DNA from: Nitrospirota bacterium
GTDB lineage: Bacteria > Nitrospirota > UBA9217
Direction of reading: 5' to 3'
DNA: 64,000 nucleotides
Assembly: GCA_963818475.1 (NCBI GenBank)
Contig: CAWFSF010000005.1
Location: 733,035 to 797,034 of the forward strand
The position numbers were made by a program, and so were the translations under genes. Below, one piece after another: positions 62,071-64,000 of the stretch. Numbering within the stretch: the stretch's first letter is position 1; every line of letters begins with the position of its first letter. The notes under the pieces were generated by a model. It made no database searches and was not told the DNA's origin. It worked only from the letters and a program-made list of their open reading frames with translations.

Positions 62071-62754
62071 TCAGATTTCCTGTCTGCGGCGGAACGGTAT
62101 CCACGTCAGTCCCGGGTCAAGCTCGCGGGTCTTGATGTACCAGAATGCGCTGAACGACCAGATCCCGAAAGCCTCGAACCAGAAGATCGCGTGATGCCGG
62201 CAAAGGGTCCTGATAAAATCGGCTGAAAGGAACCGTGATGCGACGGCCAACGCAAGCGAGGTGATCATCACGCCCGAACACAGACCATAGAGGCGCTGGA
62301 AGTGCGCACGTCTTTTTTCGTCAGGGATCTCCTTCAGCGAGTCCTTTGACATGAAGATGCACACGATGAAGATGCACGTGAAGAAGAGAACGGCAAAGAC
62401 GCCGTGCGCCGAAACGGAAGCCCCACTGCAGTCGCCGTTTCCGGTCAGGGGAAAGAAGGCGACCCCCGCTGCGCATATTCCCGCGGCGTCCAGGAGGCGA
62501 TCTTCGGTCGTGCTTCGGCCCTTGTACAGGAACAAGAAGGCGGCAACTGAACACAGCACGCCAACGAAGAAGTTTCGCTCCGGTTCCAGCGTCCAGTAAT
62601 AGGCACTGATGGACGTCTGAAAGGCCGTCCTCCCAAGGAGAAAGCTGGAGATCAGGAATGCCAACGGCAGCGCTGCCGCGAGAAGGGCCATCCCACGGCG
62701 CTGTATGAGATAGGAGCGTTCCAGGTAGGATGGGCCAGCCATAGGGTTTTGCAT
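62071..62754 (-). CDS. Multi-TM membrane protein (DUF998-like)
   Basis: SISAYY, FVG.L.....FL.LYKG, VAFFP, H..FA..FF, WFE. Confidence 0.7.
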   Translation of the reverse strand: MQNPMAGPSYLERSYLIQRRGMALLAAALPLAFLISSFLLGRTAFQTSISAYYWTLEPERNFFVGVLCSVAAFLFLYKGRSTTEDRLLDAAGICAAGVAFFPLTGNGDCSGASVSAHGVFAVLFFTCIFIVCIFMSKDSLKEIPDEKRRAHFQRLYGLCSGVMITSLALAVASRFLSADFIRTLCRHHAIFWFEAFGIWSFSAFWYIKTRELDPGLTWIPFRRRQEI

Positions 62755-62813
62755 AACGCCTCCTTGGTTACTTGTCCCGGCGATGCCGTGTGCGGGTGCG
62801 AAGCAGTTTTACT

Positions 62814-63155
62814 CTATGCCTTCTTGACAAATTCCGATTTCAACTTCATTGCTCCAAAACCATCGATCTTGCAGTCAATGTTATGGTCGCCTTCGACCAG
62901 ACGAATGTTCCTTACTTTGGTTCCTACCTTAAGCGCCGACGATGCCCCCTTTACCTTCAGGTCCTTGATCATGGTAACGGTGTCACCGTCCTGCAGCACA
63001 TTTCCAAAGGCGTCACGAACAACGAGCTTGTCGTCCGTGCTCTCCGCGACCTGCTCTTTTGACCATTCATGTGCGCATTCCGGACAAACATACAACGCTC
63101 CGTCCTCATACGTGTATTCCGAATTGCATTTCGGACATTTTGGCAAACTGCTCAT
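62814..63155 (-). CDS. yjdM: PhnA/YjdM zinc-ribbon protein
   Basis: [15 protein letters not shown]...CPECAHEW...[13 protein letters not shown]...LKSEFVKK. Confidence 0.93.
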   Translation of the reverse strand: MSSLPKCPKCNSEYTYEDGALYVCPECAHEWSKEQVAESTDDKLVVRDAFGNVLQDGDTVTMIKDLKVKGASSALKVGTKVRNIRLVEGDHNIDCKIDGFGAMKLKSEFVKKA

Positions 63156-63397
63156 GCTGCACCCCCTGTTTCTGATTGACTAATGATGAAAGTTACAACG
63201 TTGACACAATGTTAATCCAGCCATTTCCATTTCAGAATTTTGTATGATTTATTCGTTCGCATGGCGATGTAAATGCTACGGTATTTCAGCCGCTACCATA
63301 ATACCGGCCTTCCCTTATCAATGAGTGTGCCGCGCCAGCGAGAGTTCGGATGAATATATGCCCTATTCAGAGCGATGTCAACGATATCGGAGGGTAT

Positions 63398-64000
63398 TGT
63401 CAACCCAAAGTAGAAATGTCCTACTCTTACCAAGATAGAAATGTCCGCTTTTAGGAAGCAATTGGAAATTGTACATTTGCTCTGCGGAGTCTCTTCCATG
63501 GATGATCTGATGGTTGATACCGACTTGTCGGTTTCTTATTGACTGCCGGTGTTTTAGGGTTTTCTTTCGCTGGCCGTGTTTTGATCTCCCGATATGTTAA
63601 TTCCAAGCCCCTGTGAGTGATATGCAGAGATCCATCGAGTCGTTCTTCCACTGCGACCTTTTGAGTCTTTATAGCGTCTTTGATCTGGTACAGTTTGCCA
63701 TTATAAGCTATGGTGAAATCGTTCCGTAGCGTACGCTCCTCTCGAATGCAGAAGATCTTGTCGAGTTCCCTTATGGATAGCGCGCGTTGGTGTACATCGG
63801 CTGCAGAAACGGGTTTTACCTTGAATTTCGCATTGTATATTGGATGATACTTTATCAGGAATTCGTTTGCCTGCACAACACTGTTTACCCTGGCAAGCCT
63901 CATCTCTTTAACCGTCGATCCTGGAGCGTTCGAAAACTTCTTTCTATCCTGCCTTTTGCCTGGGGTGAATTCGCATGGATGACCGTTACCCCCAAGTTCG
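63398..64000 (-). mobile_element. IS1202/ISNCY-type insertion sequence, right end and transposase C-terminus
   Basis: Terminal TGT with subterminal direct repeats TAGAAATGTCC (63411, 63436); transposase text ANSPQAKGRIE, AN.FL..Y...YN.KF, P..DHPW; frameshift ~63915. Confidence 0.8.

Overview
A 64 kb bacterial window; the genus cannot be determined from sequence alone, though gene content and dispersed REP-like palindromes suggest a Nitrospirota/Desulfobacterota-type organism (inference). Layout: (1) 1-3.8 kb: partial HAMP sensor, PstS-like binding protein, tRNA-Asp and tRNA-Val. (2) 4-15.4 kb: a Ser/Thr phosphosignalling cluster with 2 kinases, 2 PP2C phosphatases, FHA and VWA proteins, an FHA-sigma54 activator and a sigma54 promoter. 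(3) 15.6-25.2 kb: a polymorphic toxin locus whose Sec-exported Rhs protein ends in a domain closely resembling animal serum amyloid A. (4) 25-30 kb: secreted proteins and lipoproteins. (5) 30.4-44.2 kb: a defence island with vapBC, a HEPN gene whose leader folds into an anticodon-less tRNA mimic, Avs3a/Avs3b, an OLD-family nuclease and a RelE-type toxin-antitoxin pair. (6) 44-64 kb: a mosaic of envelope and signalling genes separated by reused regulatory modules, ending in an IS1202/ISNCY-type element. Five copies of a lux-box-like palindrome fused to a sigma70 promoter occur, four of them pointing into secreted-protein genes including the Rhs toxin. Many genes carry single-base indels, probably long-read errors. 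All product calls come from motif recognition; no database searches were run.
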